In this document: positions 1 to 8,453 of the stretch, one piece after another
Layout: every line of letters starts with the position of its first letter
Numbering within the stretch: position 1 is the stretch's first letter
NCBI GenBank assembly: GCA_029055875.1
Contig: JAIDCJ010000019.1
Location: 26,897-90,896, forward strand
DNA: 64,000 bases
Direction of reading: 5' to 3'
From: Clostridia bacterium
Lineage (GTDB): Bacteria; Bacillota; Clostridia; Christensenellales; Borkfalkiaceae
The notes under the pieces: model-generated
Databases searched by the model: none
What the model saw: only the letters and a program-made list of their open reading frames with translations
Told to the model about the DNA's origin: nothing
Made by a program: the position numbers and the translations under genes

Positions 1-1
1 G

Positions 2-196
2 TATTCCACTTGTTCCGTGCTTCCTTGCGAAAACGAAGAAATTCTCGAACCCTTTCTCAAATCGGGAGAGGCGGAATTTCTGCCAATTCAGCCGTTTTCC
101 GATTTGCCGATAATCCCGAGCAAAACGGGCACAATTTGCGTTTGTCCCGACGAGCTTTTTGAAGGTTTTTTTGTTGCAAAGATAAAAAAATTATAA
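2..196 (+). CDS. 3' end of an upstream + strand gene (partial, product unknown)
   Basis: Frame 2 is open from the window edge to TAA at 194-196. It translates to a compositionally normal C-terminus (..EEILEPFLKSGEAEFLPIQPF..FVAKIKKL). The overlapping - ORF 57..239 has no RBS. Confidence 0.35.
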   Translation, partial: YSTCSVLPCENEEILEPFLKSGEAEFLPIQPFSDLPIIPSKTGTICVCPDELFEGFFVAKIKKL

Positions 197-239
197 GACT
201 CAAAACGCACAGTATTATACATTTTACTTGCTCATTCAT

Positions 240-268
240 TTGCTTTTTTTAGAGAAATAAGTTATAAT
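240..268 (+). promoter_or_regulatory. sigma-A-like promoter TTGCTT-17-TATAAT, 9 nt before ATG 278
   Basis: -35 at 240-245 and -10 at 263-268. No Shine-Dalgarno fits between the -10 and the ATG. Confidence 0.45.
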
Positions 269-277
269 TATTCCGTA

Positions 278-970
278 ATGAATGCGTATTATCCTTTGGA
301 AATCGTTGCGAGTTTTTTGGCCGTTGTAGTGGTGCTCACGCTGCACGAATTTTCACATGCGTTCGTTGCCTATAAATGCGGAGATCCTACTCCGAAGTGG
401 AATCGGCGTTTAACGCTCAATCCCTTGCGCCATTTCGATCTTTTGGGACTTCTCTGCTTTACGTTCGCCGGATTCGGTTGGGCAAAACCCGTACCCATTA
501 ATCCCGAGAATTTCAAGAAGTACCGTTTGGGTTTAGGACTTACGGCAAGTGCGGGCATTATCATGAACTACGTTTGCGCATGGCTGTTTTGCCCGCTTTA
601 TCTCGTTGTTTTGCATTACGGGAGCGGATTACCTGAATTTCTCTCCGTCTTTTTAACGACGTTGACGTTTTCGTTATTTGCATACAGTTTATCGTTCTGC
701 GTGTTCAATTTGTTGCCGCTTTATCCGCTTGACGGATTCCGCATTGTAGACGCGGTTAATAGACGCAGAGGGAAAGTATATCGTTTTTTGCGAAATTACG
801 GGCAGTATATTTTGCTCGGGCTCATAATTGAAAGTTATATTTGCAGTATGTTCGTGCGGTTCGGCGTCGGAATTATGGGAAATTTTGATATCCTCGGCTG
901 GATCATGAAATTTGCAATGGACATCGTCGGCTGGCCGATAACTGCGCTGTGGGGGTTGATTCCATGGTAA
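278..970 (+). CDS. site-2 protease family (peptidase M50) membrane metalloprotease
   Basis: HEFSH zinc motif in TM1, a second NLLPLYPLDG motif, and a multi-TM profile. Confidence 0.8.
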   Translation: MNAYYPLEIVASFLAVVVVLTLHEFSHAFVAYKCGDPTPKWNRRLTLNPLRHFDLLGLLCFTFAGFGWAKPVPINPENFKKYRLGLGLTASAGIIMNYVCAWLFCPLYLVVLHYGSGLPEFLSVFLTTLTFSLFAYSLSFCVFNLLPLYPLDGFRIVDAVNRRRGKVYRFLRNYGQYILLGLIIESYICSMFVRFGVGIMGNFDILGWIMKFAMDIVGWPITALWGLIPW

Positions 971-1761
971 ATCGTGAAAATTTTGAATCGGTAGTCGATT
1001 ATACGACGGTGCTCGATAATTTCGAGGGCCCGCTTGATTTGTTGCTTTTTTTAATTAATAAAGAAGAAATCGAAATAAAAGACGTATTCGTTTCAAAAGT
1101 TACGGAGCAGTTTTTGGAATATATGAAGGGGCTGCCGTACTTAGACGTAGATAAAGTGAGCGAATATCTCAATATTGCCGCAACCATTATTAAAATCAAA
1201 GCGCAGGCGCTTGTTCCGAACTTAGAGGAAGATCCTGAAATCGATGCGGAAATCGAAGAGGATAAGGCGCAGCTCATTCGAGCGCTCGAAGAGTTCAAAC
1301 TTATCAAAGAAGAAACGAAAAAGCTCAAAGAATTGGAAACAATCGGTTATTATTTCAAGGAACCTGATAAGGACGTAGGGGAAACCAAAACGGTTTTTTC
1401 ACTTGACGGACTTACGCTGGAAGGACTTGTAAACGCGTTTTCCACGCTCATGATGAAGCGGGAGAATGAGAAGAGCAACGAAGAAGTGCGGGAAATTCCG
1501 CGCGACGAATATACCGTTGAACAAAAGATTACTTTTATTTTGGAAAGTTTGGAAGAGCGGCAAGAAGTGAAGTTTGAGGAGTTGTTCACCAAGGACTACA
1601 CCAAATCGGAAATCGTAACGTCCTTTCAAGCGATGTTAGAGCTTCTGAAACATCAGTTTTTGCGCGTAAGGCAGGAAGAGACGTTCGGGGAAATTATTAT
1701 TTCACTCAATCCCGACCGCTCGGAGGAGGTACAACTTGGAGAAATTGACGAATATAATTGA
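949..1761 (+). CDS. scpA: segregation and condensation protein A
   Basis: N-terminal FEGPLDLLLFLINKEEIEI signature. Overlaps and precedes scpB. Confidence 0.85.
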   Translation: MGVDSMVNRENFESVVDYTTVLDNFEGPLDLLLFLINKEEIEIKDVFVSKVTEQFLEYMKGLPYLDVDKVSEYLNIAATIIKIKAQALVPNLEEDPEIDAEIEEDKAQLIRALEEFKLIKEETKKLKELETIGYYFKEPDKDVGETKTVFSLDGLTLEGLVNAFSTLMMKRENEKSNEEVREIPRDEYTVEQKITFILESLEERQEVKFEELFTKDYTKSEIVTSFQAMLELLKHQFLRVRQEETFGEIIISLNPDRSEEVQLGEIDEYN

Positions 1762-2452
1762 GGCGATTTTATTTGCCTCTGGCAAGAGTGTTCCGCTCGC
1801 AGATATTGCAGATAAGCTCGGAGTGACGAATGGAGAAGTAAAAAAAGCGCTTGCCGAGTTAAAGAAGAAGTACGGCGAAGACGGCGGGATCCAACTTCTT
1901 GAATTCAATAAAAAAGCACAACTTGCCTCGAATCCCGTGTATAAAGACGGAGTTTCAGCGGTACTTAATCCTATTCGCGAGAAAGAGCTCACCCGCACCA
2001 TTTTGGAGTGTGCGGCAATTATTGCCTATAAACAGCCTATTACGCGTACAGAAATTGAAATGTTGCGCGGCCTTAACAGCGATTATGCCGTAAATGCGCT
2101 TTTGGAATTGAAGCTCATATATCCCTGTGGAAGAAAGGATGCGGTCGGTCATCCGGTTTTGTTTGCAACGACGGACGAATTCCTCAAACGCTTCAAGTTG
2201 AATTCTTTGGAAGATTTGCCCGATTATGAAATGCTTATGGCGGCAATTACGCGCACTGACGACGATAAAGACAGTTATCTTTATGCGCGTGAAGAGTATT
2301 CGGAAATCGGTACGGAGCCCGCAAAAGAGGGTGAAGCTCCTACTGAAAAAGAGGATAGCAAAGACGAATCGGTTGAGCTTGAGCACAGCGGTTACGAAAT
2401 TCCCGATTTCTTGCGGGGGCTTGACGATACCGATATCGTAAAAATATCTTGA
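1736..2452 (+). CDS. scpB: segregation and condensation protein B
   Basis: IEAILFASGKSVPL.. and AYKQPITRTEIE wHTH motifs, with an acidic C-terminal tail. Confidence 0.85.
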   Translation: MEKLTNIIEAILFASGKSVPLADIADKLGVTNGEVKKALAELKKKYGEDGGIQLLEFNKKAQLASNPVYKDGVSAVLNPIREKELTRTILECAAIIAYKQPITRTEIEMLRGLNSDYAVNALLELKLIYPCGRKDAVGHPVLFATTDEFLKRFKLNSLEDLPDYEMLMAAITRTDDDKDSYLYAREEYSEIGTEPAKEGEAPTEKEDSKDESVELEHSGYEIPDFLRGLDDTDIVKIS

Positions 2453-2511
2453 TAAAAAAGAAATAAATCTTATTGTAAATAATTTCAGTTTTGTTCGCTC
2501 ATATTACGGAT

Positions 2512-3093
2512 ATGGGCGAATTTTTTGTTTACTCTCTCTTTACGGGAACATTGCTTTTTTTGTTCCCCGTATTTGTCCATATAGACGTTTACTTGGATAT
2601 TCGGGAGAATAAAACGAATTTTTCCGTCAGACTGTTTCGTCTCGTCAAGGTTGCGGGTGGGTACGTACAGATAAAAACGGACGGAATTGTAATTCATCTT
2701 TCAAAGAAAAAAGCAATCTTTTTTCCTTACGATAAGATGTTTAGAAGGAACAAAAAATTCCAGATCTCAGACGGATTTCAGCTCTATAAATTTCATCAGA
2801 TTGTGGAAACAGGCGGTTCGCAGACGATATGGGGAATTATGATTGCATCGGCATTGCAATCGGCAGGAGGCGCGGCTTGCGCCGTATTAAAGACGAAGCA
2901 TCCGTTTCTTTCCTTAAAGAACGGAACGCTACTTGCCGAGAAGGCTTGCTTGAAATATTCGGCGCAGGTAGCAATCATATTCAACGGACTTGTTATCACA
3001 ATCGCACTCACAAAAAGAATATTGGAGGTAATTATAAATTGGATCAGAAAAAAAAGATTGACAGCATTCTCGAAAAAACAGCGGAGCAATTAA
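2512..3093 (+). CDS. YtfI-like (DUF2953-type) membrane protein, putative sporulation protein
   Basis: Hydrophobic N-terminus. Sits immediately upstream of a GerW/YtfJ homologue, as in Bacillus ytfI-ytfJ. Start moved to ATG 2512. Confidence 0.35.
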   Translation: MGEFFVYSLFTGTLLFLFPVFVHIDVYLDIRENKTNFSVRLFRLVKVAGGYVQIKTDGIVIHLSKKKAIFFPYDKMFRRNKKFQISDGFQLYKFHQIVETGGSQTIWGIMIASALQSAGGAACAVLKTKHPFLSLKNGTLLAEKACLKYSAQVAIIFNGLVITIALTKRILEVIINWIRKKRLTAFSKKQRSN

Positions 3094-3422
3094 CGGGGCT
3101 TGTTGACGTAAACACGGTTATCGGAAAACCCGTTTTTTCCGCAAGCGGCGCACAGATTATTCCCTTCACCAAGGTTACGATGGGCTACCTTTCGGGAGGC
3201 GGGGAATACGGCGAGGTAAAGGCAATCAAAGAGGACGAAGCGTTTCCGTTCGCGGGCGGTGCAGGTACGGTAATCAATATCAAGCCCGCAGGATTTTTAA
3301 TCGACGACGGAAAAGATTGCCGCATTGTGCGCATTACGGATGATCCATTAGACGGTATCATTGAAAAGGCAGGGGAACTTGTCGGAAAAATCATAAGGAA
3401 AAGCGAGGAGAATGAAGAATAA
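3039..3422 (+). CDS. ytfJ: GerW/YtfJ family sporulation protein
   Basis: VIGKPVF..IIPFTKVTMGYLSGGGEYG..FAGGAGTVINIKP motif. GGAGG at 3024-3028 lies before TTG 3039. The longer ORF from 2829 overlaps the upstream gene. Confidence 0.7.
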   Translation: MDQKKKIDSILEKTAEQLTGLVDVNTVIGKPVFSASGAQIIPFTKVTMGYLSGGGEYGEVKAIKEDEAFPFAGGAGTVINIKPAGFLIDDGKDCRIVRITDDPLDGIIEKAGELVGKIIRKSEENEE

Positions 3423-4428
3423 ACTTTTATCGGCTTTTGTAGTCACTCTGTCGGCTTTGGTGATTGCAATTTTTCCCTGTCACTGTCAGGACAGTACAAA
3501 TGCCGACGCGGCAACGTTTTCCCAAGCCGAGTGTGTGGCTGAAGTTACTTCCCGCAGATTTTTGAATAAGCGGAATGCGGAGAGCGATCTGCCTATGTCA
3601 AGCACGACAAAAGTCCTTACGGCGATTCTCATTCTCGACGATTGCGATATTACCGAAACGGTAACCGTGCCCAAAGTTGCAGAGGGCACGGAGGGCTCGA
3701 GCGTGTATTTGCGCGCAGGAGACGAATATACGGTGGAGGAGCTTTTATACGGGCTTATGCTGCGTTCGGGCAATGACTGCGCCGTAACGCTTGCATTGCA
3801 CCACAGCGGCTCGATAAAAGCATTTGCGCAGGCAATGAATGAAAAAGCGGTCTCTCTCGGGGCGGAACACAGCAACTTTGTCAATCCGCACGGCTTGCCG
3901 GATACCCGTCACTATACCACAGCGCAGGATCTTGCGCTAATTTCCGCATACGCCATGCAGAATGAAAAATTCCGTGAAATCGTTTCCTGCAAATATTATG
4001 AGCCGAGGAATTGGCAGAATAAAAATAAAATGCTTTATAACTACGATGGTGCAATCGGTGTTAAAACGGGCTTTACCGTAGCGGCAGGGCGGTGTCTTGT
4101 TACTGCGGCAGAGCGATACGGCATGACGCTCGTTTGCGTCGTACTCAACAGTCCGCAGATGTATGAACGGACTGCGGAGCTTCTCGATCAGGCGTTTGCG
4201 CAATATGAGATGACTCAGCTTTGTACACCTGAAACGCCCGTCGAAGGCTATGCCGTGAAATATGCATTTTCATATCCGCTGACTGATGAAGAGCGGGATA
4301 AAATTCAAATTGATATCAACGAGGTTTCTCCGCTTCCCGAAGAGATAGGGGAAATTGCGGGCCAGATGCGAATTATGCTCGAAAATAACTTGCTTTTTTC
4401 ACAAAATTTGTATATGATGAAAAAGTAA
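3412..4428 (+). CDS. dacB: D-alanyl-D-alanine carboxypeptidase (S11, PBP5*-like)
   Basis: Signal peptide plus SSTTK (SxxK), SGN and KTGFT motifs. The scpAB-dacB-rluB synteny matches B. subtilis. Confidence 0.8.
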   Translation: MKNKLLSAFVVTLSALVIAIFPCHCQDSTNADAATFSQAECVAEVTSRRFLNKRNAESDLPMSSTTKVLTAILILDDCDITETVTVPKVAEGTEGSSVYLRAGDEYTVEELLYGLMLRSGNDCAVTLALHHSGSIKAFAQAMNEKAVSLGAEHSNFVNPHGLPDTRHYTTAQDLALISAYAMQNEKFREIVSCKYYEPRNWQNKNKMLYNYDGAIGVKTGFTVAAGRCLVTAAERYGMTLVCVVLNSPQMYERTAELLDQAFAQYEMTQLCTPETPVEGYAVKYAFSYPLTDEERDKIQIDINEVSPLPEEIGEIAGQMRIMLENNLLFSQNLYMMKK

Positions 4429-4447
4429 ATTTTTTCGGAGAAATACT

Positions 4448-5152
4448 ATGCGTATCAACAAATTTCTCGCGGAGCAGGGCGTTGCGTCCCGCCGCGGGAG
4501 CGATGAACTCGTTGCGGAAGGGCGGGTTACGATAAACGGCAAAACGGCGAAAGCGGGAGACGACGTGAAGCCCTCCGACACCGTGCTTTTAGACGGTAAA
4601 ACTTTATCGCATAAGGTCAAATACGAGTATTATATTCTTAACAAGCCAAAGGGCTGCGTTTGTACGGTTTCAGACGAAAAAGATAGAAAGACCGTTATGA
4701 GCTTTTTACCAGCGGGTGCGGGAAGGGTTTTCCCTGTCGGTCGGCTCGATTACGATACGGAAGGTCTTCTCATTCTTACCAACGACGGAGAGCTTGCATT
4801 CCGTTTAACGGCTCCAAAAAACGAGATTCCCAAGACGTACCTCGTGCGCGTAGAGGGCACGATTTCTGATATACAACTCAACCGTTTGCGCGCGGGGGTG
4901 GAAATTGAACGAGGCGTTGTAACGAAGAAATGCAAAATCAACGTAATTGAAACGAGCAAACAATACACGAAAATGCACGTTGTGCTCACAGAGGGCAAAA
5001 ATCGCGAAATTCGCAGAATGTTTGAAGTAGTCGGCAAGAACGTTGATTTCCTCAAACGTATTAAAATAGGAGAACTCACGCTTAGCGGCTTAGACCGTGG
5101 TGCCATTCGTAAGCTCTCCCAGGAAGAGATCTTTTATCTGAAAAACTTATAA
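4448..5152 (+). CDS. rluB: 23S rRNA pseudouridine synthase, RsuA/RluB family with S4 domain
   Basis: N-terminal S4 motif (MRINKFLAEQGVASRR) and catalytic GRLDYDTEGLLILTNDG. Confidence 0.85.
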   Translation: MRINKFLAEQGVASRRGSDELVAEGRVTINGKTAKAGDDVKPSDTVLLDGKTLSHKVKYEYYILNKPKGCVCTVSDEKDRKTVMSFLPAGAGRVFPVGRLDYDTEGLLILTNDGELAFRLTAPKNEIPKTYLVRVEGTISDIQLNRLRAGVEIERGVVTKKCKINVIETSKQYTKMHVVLTEGKNREIRRMFEVVGKNVDFLKRIKIGELTLSGLDRGAIRKLSQEEIFYLKNL

Positions 5153-5155
5153 AGA

Positions 5156-5180
5156 AAAACGGCGGAAACGCCGTTTTTTT
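5156..5180 (+). terminator. bidirectional intrinsic terminator between convergent rluB and lexA
   Basis: Stem ACGGCG/CGCCGT (5159-5164 / 5169-5174) with a GAAA loop, flanked by an A-run and a T-run. Confidence 0.7.
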
Positions 5181-5184
5181 GTTT

Positions 5185-5787
5185 TTATATACTGCGCATG
5201 AGTCCGATTACTTTTCCGAGAATCTGTACGCCGCTCGTTTCATCTAACACGAAGTCGGACAGCGTTGAATTTTCGGGGTGCAGAATTATTTTTCCGTCTC
5301 TCTTGAAATAGCGTTTTACCGTTGCGCCTTCTTCCACGCCGTCGTTGAACATTGCCACAACAATATCGCCGTTTTCCGCGCTCTCCTGCTTTCTAACAAC
5401 AATTTTATCGCCGTTTAAGATTCCCGCCTCAATCATACTGTCGCCCTTTACGGTAAGCATAAAAAGGTCGCCTTTGAATTCGGAAGAGGGGAGTGCATAG
5501 TAACCTTCGTAGTTTTCCGTTGCAAGAATCGGCTGACCGGCGGTAACCGTACCGACGAGGGGAACGTTAATACTTCCGCTATTGCGCACGGTTACGGCGC
5601 GTTTTTTGTTCTCCGCTTTATTGAGATGTCCCATAGCGCGCAGACGGTTGATATAATCGTAAACCGTTGCCGTTGACTTGATTCCAAGCTCTTTGCAGAT
5701 TTCCCGCACTGTAGGCGGGAATCCGTTTTCGTCGTTATAGCGGTTGATAAATTCCAACACTTCATCAAGCTTGCGTTTATCGAGCAT
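5185..5787 (-). CDS. lexA: LexA repressor
   Basis: N-terminal wHTH. C-terminal S24 domain with VTAGQP cleavage region, GDSM and VKR. GAGGT RBS before ATG 5787. Confidence 0.9.
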   Translation of the reverse strand: MLDKRKLDEVLEFINRYNDENGFPPTVREICKELGIKSTATVYDYINRLRAMGHLNKAENKKRAVTVRNSGSINVPLVGTVTAGQPILATENYEGYYALPSSEFKGDLFMLTVKGDSMIEAGILNGDKIVVRKQESAENGDIVVAMFNDGVEEGATVKRYFKRDGKIILHPENSTLSDFVLDETSGVQILGKVIGLMRSI

Positions 5788-5820
5788 AGTTTTACCTCGC
5801 AAAAAGTACTTCTTGTATTT

Positions 5821-5849
5821 ATTATATCATATACCAAATAGAATTGCAA
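5821..5849 (-). promoter_or_regulatory. lexA promoter TTGCAA-17-TATAAT
   Basis: On the - strand, -10 at 5821-5826 and -35 at 5844-5849, with an exact 17 nt spacer. Confidence 0.6.
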
Positions 5850-5859
5850 ACAAATGTTC
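5848..5859 (-). promoter_or_regulatory. candidate LexA (Cheo-type) box GAACATTTGTTT
   Basis: GAAC-N4-GTTT on the - strand, overlapping the lexA -35. One mismatch to GAAC-N4-GTTC. Confidence 0.5.
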
Positions 5860-5890
5860 TATTTTTTATAAAAAATTTTTATAAAAATTC

Positions 5891-5919
5891 TTGTTGTTTC
5901 CAGGAAAATGTAATATAAT
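5891..5919 (+). promoter_or_regulatory. promoter TTGTTG-17-TATAAT for the small Cys-rich ORF
   Basis: -35 at 5891-5896 and -10 at 5914-5919. Confidence 0.4.
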
Positions 5920-5939
5920 AAGGGAAAGAGGTGTTTCTA

Positions 5940-6131
5940 ATGGAAATAAAAATGTGCGTATTAGATGAAGACAAGGAATGCGACGGATGTCTTGAGTGTG
6001 AAATTTGCGATTTGGATCCCAACAAAATTTGCGATAACTGCGGCAAGTGTCTGGATATTAAAGATGTCGCCAGCATTAAAATCGATAAAATTTATCTTGA
6101 TCCTAACGAATATAATGAGGGAAAGAAATAA
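5940..6131 (+). CDS. small cysteine-rich protein (63 aa, 8 Cys), function unknown
   Basis: AAGAGGTG RBS 6 nt before ATG 5940. Cys pattern is C-x7-CxxCxxCxxC-x7-CxxCxxC. Divergent from lexA. Confidence 0.5.
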   Translation: MEIKMCVLDEDKECDGCLECEICDLDPNKICDNCGKCLDIKDVASIKIDKIYLDPNEYNEGKK

Positions 6132-6132
6132 T

Positions 6133-7350
6133 TTATCTCTTCATAAAATCACGGAATTTATCGGCGTATATGACGGGAATAATCGCGGCAATCTCGCTAC
6201 CGAAATCGGTGTAAGTCACCTGTGTTTCGGTGAGAAGTGCGCGGAGCGAACCGTATTGCGCCGATTTCTCATATGGAACGAAGAGGGTAGTGCGTATAAA
6301 TTCGTCTTGTAACGCTTCCATAATTTTTGCTTTTAACTGCTCAAAACCTCTGCCGTCTTTTGCAGAAACAAATATCGAATCTTTGGGATGAGCAGAAGTA
6401 TCCTGCACTAAATCGCACTTATTCATCACTGTGAGATAGGGGGAAGAGAAGTGCATATCGCGCAGGGTTTCAAGCGTTGTCTGCAACTGCATTTCATATT
6501 CGCCTGCTGCATCACATACGATGAGCGCAAGGTCGCAGTTGATTGCGCTTTCCAGCGTAGACTTAAACGCCTCAATGAGATGGTGCGGAAGGCTTTGCAG
6601 AAAGCCTACGGTATCTACAAGTAGAAAGGGAACGCCTTCTATTTCAAATGCGCGGGAAGTAGGGTCAAGGGTTGCAAACAGCGCATTTTTTACGAATACG
6701 TTTGCACCCGTTAGTGCATTGAGTAAAGTAGATTTTCCGGTGTTGGTATATCCCACAAGAGCGACGGTTTTTACCCGCTCTTTTTTTCTTCGCTCAGTAA
6801 GCTGTGCCCGCCGCTTTTCCGTTTCCGCGAGCTTTTGTTCCAAAGAATGAATGCGTGCACGAATGTGACGACGCTCCGTTTCGAGCTTGGTTTCACCGGG
6901 GCCGCGTGTGCCGATTCCGCCTCCCAATCGGGAAAGTGCTTCGCCCTTTCCTTTCAAACGCGGATACATATATTTAAGCTGGGCAAGCTCTACTTGGATT
7001 TTACCTTCACTGCTTTCGGCACGAAGTGCAAAGATATCGAGAATGAGCGTTGTGCGGTCGATTACTTTTTTTCCGTCCAATGCAGCAGAGATATTCAGCG
7101 TTTGAGAAGGGGAGAGCTCACCGTTAAACAATACTGTCACGTCAAGCCCGTCCAGTCGCTCCCGAAGTTCCTGTAACTTTCCTTCTCCGATATAGGTAGC
7201 AGGATTGATTTCTCTGATATTCTGATAAATCGTACCGGCATACTCAGCGTCAGCGCTTTCTATGAGTGCAACAATTTCGTCATACAACACTTTGTAATTA
7301 TCGTTTTCTATGGGTTGAATCACATAAACGATTTCAGATTTTTCCCGCAT
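6133..7350 (-). CDS. hflX: GTPase HflX
   Basis: HflX N-domain plus G-domain (GYTNTGKSTLLNALT, DTVGF, NKCD). Confidence 0.9.
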   Translation of the reverse strand: MREKSEIVYVIQPIENDNYKVLYDEIVALIESADAEYAGTIYQNIREINPATYIGEGKLQELRERLDGLDVTVLFNGELSPSQTLNISAALDGKKVIDRTTLILDIFALRAESSEGKIQVELAQLKYMYPRLKGKGEALSRLGGGIGTRGPGETKLETERRHIRARIHSLEQKLAETEKRRAQLTERRKKERVKTVALVGYTNTGKSTLLNALTGANVFVKNALFATLDPTSRAFEIEGVPFLLVDTVGFLQSLPHHLIEAFKSTLESAINCDLALIVCDAAGEYEMQLQTTLETLRDMHFSSPYLTVMNKCDLVQDTSAHPKDSIFVSAKDGRGFEQLKAKIMEALQDEFIRTTLFVPYEKSAQYGSLRALLTETQVTYTDFGSEIAAIIPVIYADKFRDFMKR

Positions 7351-7358
7351 AATTTGCC

Positions 7359-8417
7359 TTATTCGTCCTCGTCAGATTTGTGAAGCTTCACCTTACTTGC
7401 TACGGAACGCCGCTTATCCTCGGTGATTGCAGCATAGTGTTTTCGCGTCGTATTTACGTCTTTATGGCCCAAAACGTCGGCTACAATATAAATATCGCCC
7501 GTCTCGCGATAAAGCGCCGTACCGTATGTAGAACGCAGTTTATGGGGCGTTATCTTTTTGAGAGGGGAAACAATTTTAGCATATTTTTTAACGAGATTTT
7601 CTACGGCGCGCACGGTAATTCTGCGGTATTGCAGAGAGAGGAAGAGAGCGTTCTCGCCGTTTGGAATTTTGGGGTCTTGTTCCTTTTGTGCAAGGTATGC
7701 GGCAAGCGCGTCACCGACTTCCTCTGAAAAATAGAGAATTGCATGATTGCCGCCTTTGCGTGTTACAATAAATGAATTGTTGGAAAAATCGATGCTTTCA
7801 TTGTCGAGCCCGACAAGCTCGGAAATACGGATACCTGTGCCGAGAAAGAGGGTAAGAATTGCCGTATCTCGGATTTTAGTTTTATCGTGATATCCGATTG
7901 CGTGCTTCGAGAGACCGCTTCCAAATTCGGCAGTATCAAGCAAAGAGGAGACCTCGTTATTTTCAAGGCGGATAATTTCTTTTTCGTGCAGCTTTGGAGT
8001 CGCGACTTTTGCTGTATTGTTTACTTCAATGAGTCCCTTATTAAAGAAATACTTGAACATAGAACGAACGGTGGAGAGCTTCCTTGCCTTGGCGCGTTCA
8101 TCGCATGAGAGCCGTTTCTCCCCAAAGCGATAGTTAGAGAGATAGCTCAAAAATATTTCGAGATCGGTTTCCGTCACGCTATCTAGATCTTCGAGCGTGA
8201 GATCGCGTACTTCCTTGCCTCGAAATTTCTTTTTGACAAGAAAGTCGAAGAAAATACGTAGATCATAGCAATAGTTTAAGCGTGTGAGTGTGCTAGTGCG
8301 TGTTTCAACCCCACGAAAAAAATCTTCACAAAAATAGGGGAGCTCGTCTAAAAGTGCGTCAATTTTATCAAGGTTTTTCAGATTCCGTTCCTGATAATAG
8401 TTTGTATCTGTTTTCAT
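7359..8417 (-). CDS. tyrosine recombinase, XerS-like architecture
   Basis: Catalytic region is R..HKLRST..LGHKDVNTTRKHY. The N-terminal part and the VTRKGG motif resemble streptococcal XerS from memory. Start moved to ATG 8417 because a promoter occupies 8425-8453. Confidence 0.75.
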   Translation of the reverse strand: MKTDTNYYQERNLKNLDKIDALLDELPYFCEDFFRGVETRTSTLTRLNYCYDLRIFFDFLVKKKFRGKEVRDLTLEDLDSVTETDLEIFLSYLSNYRFGEKRLSCDERAKARKLSTVRSMFKYFFNKGLIEVNNTAKVATPKLHEKEIIRLENNEVSSLLDTAEFGSGLSKHAIGYHDKTKIRDTAILTLFLGTGIRISELVGLDNESIDFSNNSFIVTRKGGNHAILYFSEEVGDALAAYLAQKEQDPKIPNGENALFLSLQYRRITVRAVENLVKKYAKIVSPLKKITPHKLRSTYGTALYRETGDIYIVADVLGHKDVNTTRKHYAAITEDKRRSVASKVKLHKSDEDE

Positions 8418-8424
8418 ATTAAAC

Positions 8425-8453
8425 ATTATAGCACAGGTGAGAATAGAAGTCAA
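8425..8453 (-). promoter_or_regulatory. promoter TTGACT-17-TATAAT, 7 nt upstream of ATG 8417 (leaderless arrangement)
   Basis: -10 at 8425-8430 and -35 at 8448-8453 on the - strand. No Shine-Dalgarno is possible in the gap. Confidence 0.5.

Noticed and set aside
57-239. 60 aa - strand ORF at the window start.
   Set aside because: It has no RBS. It overlaps a more protein-like + strand reading frame (2..196) and abuts the M50 promoter, so it is probably spurious.
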